Source: an uncultured Anaerolineaceae bacterium
GTDB lineage: Bacteria > Chloroflexota > Anaerolineae > Aggregatilineales > Phototrophicaceae
Direction: 5' to 3'
Length of the DNA stretch: 64,000 bases
Assembly: GCA_964652205.1 (NCBI GenBank)
Contig: CAZZAO010000003.1
Location: 15,196 to 79,195, forward strand
The notes under the pieces are model-generated. The model worked only from the letters and a program-made list of their open reading frames with translations, was not told where the DNA came from and ran no database searches. Below, in pieces: positions 62,277 to 64,000 of this stretch; position 1 is the first letter of the stretch; every line of letters begins with the position of its first letter. A program made the translations under genes and the position numbers.

Positions 62277-62780
62277 GTGGAACTCATCACCGACCTGAAC
62301 GAGATCAAGCGCCGCGCCGTCGAGCGCCGCGACGAGTTCGAAGTCATGCGCTATCTGATCGAAGATCAGATCGAACTGACCGATGCTGAGGTCGATACGC
62401 TGGTCGATGAACTGGCTGCGCCGATCATCGCGGGCATCGACTGTACCGCCTGCGGCAACTGCTGCCGCTCGCTCGACGTCGGCCTGACGCCGAGCGACAT
62501 CGACCGACTCTCGGCGGGAATCCAGATTCCCGTTGACGCCATCATCAGCGAATACGTCGATCTGGAACGCGGGCGCGAGATGGACGAATGGGGCGTCTTT
62601 CGGCAGAAGCCGTGCGCCTTCTTCGATGGCCGTCTCTGCACCGTCTACGCGCATCGACCCGACTCGTGGTTCACGCCCGACTTTCGCTGGACGCTGGAAT
62701 ACACGATTGCCGGGGCGGGGATGTGTCCGATCATCTACAATCTGCTCGACGCGCTGCAAAAGAAAGTTGACGGAATGTAG
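62277..62780 (+). CDS. YkgJ-family (UPF0153, CxxCxxCC) cysteine-cluster protein
   Basis: 167 aa. DCTACGNCCRSLDV...RQKPCAFFDGRLCTVYAHRP matches the CxxCxxCC ... C-x-F ... C-x-x-Y-x-x-RP pattern. Confidence 0.8.
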   Translation: MELITDLNEIKRRAVERRDEFEVMRYLIEDQIELTDAEVDTLVDELAAPIIAGIDCTACGNCCRSLDVGLTPSDIDRLSAGIQIPVDAIISEYVDLERGREMDEWGVFRQKPCAFFDGRLCTVYAHRPDSWFTPDFRWTLEYTIAGAGMCPIIYNLLDALQKKVDGM

Positions 62781-62783
62781 CGC

Positions 62784-63269
62784 CTACTTATGATTTGCGC
62801 CGTAGCGATTGTAGAGCGTCAGCGCGGTGATGATCGCCGCCCCGCCGATCCCGCTGACGAGCATCTCATCGGGATGCTCCCACTCGATGAAGTATTCGGC
62901 GAACTTAATCACGATCACCAGCACGAGGATGCCGCTGAGTTTGGCTTTCAGCTCCTCGAGGCTGTGGATCACCAGCCATTCAGGCAGCGTGAGGTCTTCG
63001 ATGAACAGCTCGTACAGCGCGATGGCGAAGATATAAAGAACCGCCGCCACGAGGAAGATGTCCATCAGCTCGATGAACGAGACTGTGACTCCCGGCATGG
63101 TGTTGGCCTGCGTGACCAGCGTGACGATGGTGTTGATCGTCCTGACCGCGCCGAGAATCAGGGCGGTCAGCGCCGCCGCGAACAACGCGGCCACAGCGAT
63201 GAACAGAACGTAACGACTGCGTTCCAGTAGTCCCTTCACAACCTGCTCCTGCCTTCCATTCACGCTCAT
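62784..63269 (-). CDS. YqhA-family (UPF0114) membrane protein
   Basis: Start taken at ATG 63269 (MSVNGRQEQVVKGLLERSRYVLFIAV...), giving about 161 aa with 3-4 TM helices, the usual size for UPF0114. The track start at 63353 adds 28 residues. Confidence 0.75.
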   Translation of the reverse strand: MSVNGRQEQVVKGLLERSRYVLFIAVAALFAAALTALILGAVRTINTIVTLVTQANTMPGVTVSFIELMDIFLVAAVLYIFAIALYELFIEDLTLPEWLVIHSLEELKAKLSGILVLVIVIKFAEYFIEWEHPDEMLVSGIGGAAIITALTLYNRYGANHK

Positions 63270-63399
63270 CAATCGCTGCTCAGTGTACTCGAAATCCGTG
63301 AAACAGAGTCGCTGTCCTGTGAAGGAATCGCTGCTCGACGCGCTCGACCGCACCCGCCAGCCGCTGCGACGATGAGATCGCCTGCCGAACTCGCGCCCC

Positions 63400-63408
63400 G
63401 GTGTTACA
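63400..63408 (+). promoter_or_regulatory. Putative extended -10 (TGTTACAAT) upstream of the GNAT gene
   Basis: TGnTACAAT 41 nt upstream of ATG 63449. Motif only. Confidence 0.3.
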
Positions 63409-63448
63409 ATAGAAGTAATTGGCGGCGTACACCACGGCGACGGGTGTG

Positions 63449-64000
63449 ATGGCAGAACTTCAGGTCAGACAGGCAACGCTCGACGATACCGATGCAATCA
63501 GCCGGTTGTTCCGGTCGCAGATTCAGGTCTGGCAGCGGCTGGACGAGCAGAATCGCGTCCAGACCGTGCCGCACGAGTCGCTGACGATCTACGAACGCTG
63601 GCTGCATGGCGGCGCGTGGATGAGCATCGAGACCGGCGCGATCCACCTCAGCCACCTGTTATCGGGCGCGGGGCTGGCCTTCGTCGCCGAGAGCGAAGGC
63701 GCGCCGAGCGCCTACCTTGAAGCCTATCAGAGTAACGAAGCGCCGCCGTTCGGCAATCACATTCACCTCTCGACGCTGGCCGTCGCCGCTGGAACGCCGG
63801 TCAGCGCGCAGGCCGCGCTGATCGCCCGCGTGCTGGAGCAGGCCAGAGCGCTCAAGGTACAGCAGGTCACAGTCAGCCGACTCGGCGACGCCGACGCCGA
63901 ACTGTTCAGCGGCTATTTTCACCTGACGCCGCTGGCGCGCGTCCGCCGTTTCAGCCTGCCCGCGCGCCAGGGGCAGATTTTCTACCAGTCGAGCGAACAC
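63449..64000 (+). CDS. Partial CDS (184 codons, runs off the right edge): GNAT-family N-acetyltransferase-like protein
   Basis: Absent from the ORF track because it is open at the window edge. ATG at 63449. Translation MAELQVRQATLDDTDAISRLFRSQIQVWQRLDEQ...AFVAESEGAPSAYLEAYQ...IHLSTLAVAAGTPVSAQAALIARVLEQARALKVQQVTV. The 'ATLDD...I..L' N-terminus and the A-motif-like region fit GNAT. The minus-strand ORFs 63404..63655 and 63659..64000 are antisense shadows. Confidence 0.65.
   Translation, partial: MAELQVRQATLDDTDAISRLFRSQIQVWQRLDEQNRVQTVPHESLTIYERWLHGGAWMSIETGAIHLSHLLSGAGLAFVAESEGAPSAYLEAYQSNEAPPFGNHIHLSTLAVAAGTPVSAQAALIARVLEQARALKVQQVTVSRLGDADAELFSGYFHLTPLARVRRFSLPARQGQIFYQSSEH

Overview
This is a 64 kb high-G+C bacterial chromosomal segment. 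Gene content suggests a Chloroflexota-like organism, but that is inference only: GT-C glycosyltransferases with '...GLYD...' C-terminal modules, GGAGAGGGG hairpin repeats, baeRF1 genes, and a class A PBP with long low-complexity tails. All product calls come from motif and architecture recognition by eye. No BLAST or HMM search was run. High G+C produces many long antisense shadow ORFs in the supplied track, and I rejected those.

Gene content, left to right:
- a partial toastrack/LiaF-like gene, a class A PBP, and csaA
- an ester cyclase bracketed by a 95-bp duplication of the 3' end of a DtxR-family gene
- a metallophosphoesterase and a lipoprotein
- a 10-kb minus-strand array of five GT-C membrane glycosyltransferases, four of them close tandem paralogues
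- a CoiA-like nuclease next to an IS630-type transposase remnant
- an SDR, a secreted thioredoxin-NHL protein, a GH2 glycosidase, and MarR divergent from a baeRF1-like gene
- a V4R protein and a DUF2207-like plus matrixin pair
- xdhC divergent from a molybdenum-hydroxylase operon (S-L-M order) carrying three paralogous NTF2/SnoaL-like modules, one fused to the 2Fe-2S subunit
- an MFS transporter bracketed by two MITE copies with 9-bp target-site duplications
- a DppABC-type ABC importer with no ATPase genes
- a co-directional run: prfC, parA, parB-like, a second baeRF1-like gene, and a short HPF/RaiA-like gene
- two multi-sensor histidine kinases, one translationally coupled to a DUF1917-like gene, and a GT9 glycosyltransferase
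- a MocR regulator, AhpD-like and RraA-like genes, an orphan receiver, an oxidoreductase, a YkgJ-like Cys-cluster protein, YqhA, and a partial GNAT

No rRNA, tRNA or CRISPR array was seen.

Best candidates for poorly described biology:
1. The baeRF1-like plus short-HPF-like two-gene module, with a second baeRF1 paralogue elsewhere in the window.
2. The Mo-hydroxylase operon with three NTF2-like modules.
3. The quadruplicated GT-C array.
4. Several families of non-coding repeats: a MITE with TSDs, inverted heptamer arrays in divergent promoters, and composite palindromic elements.
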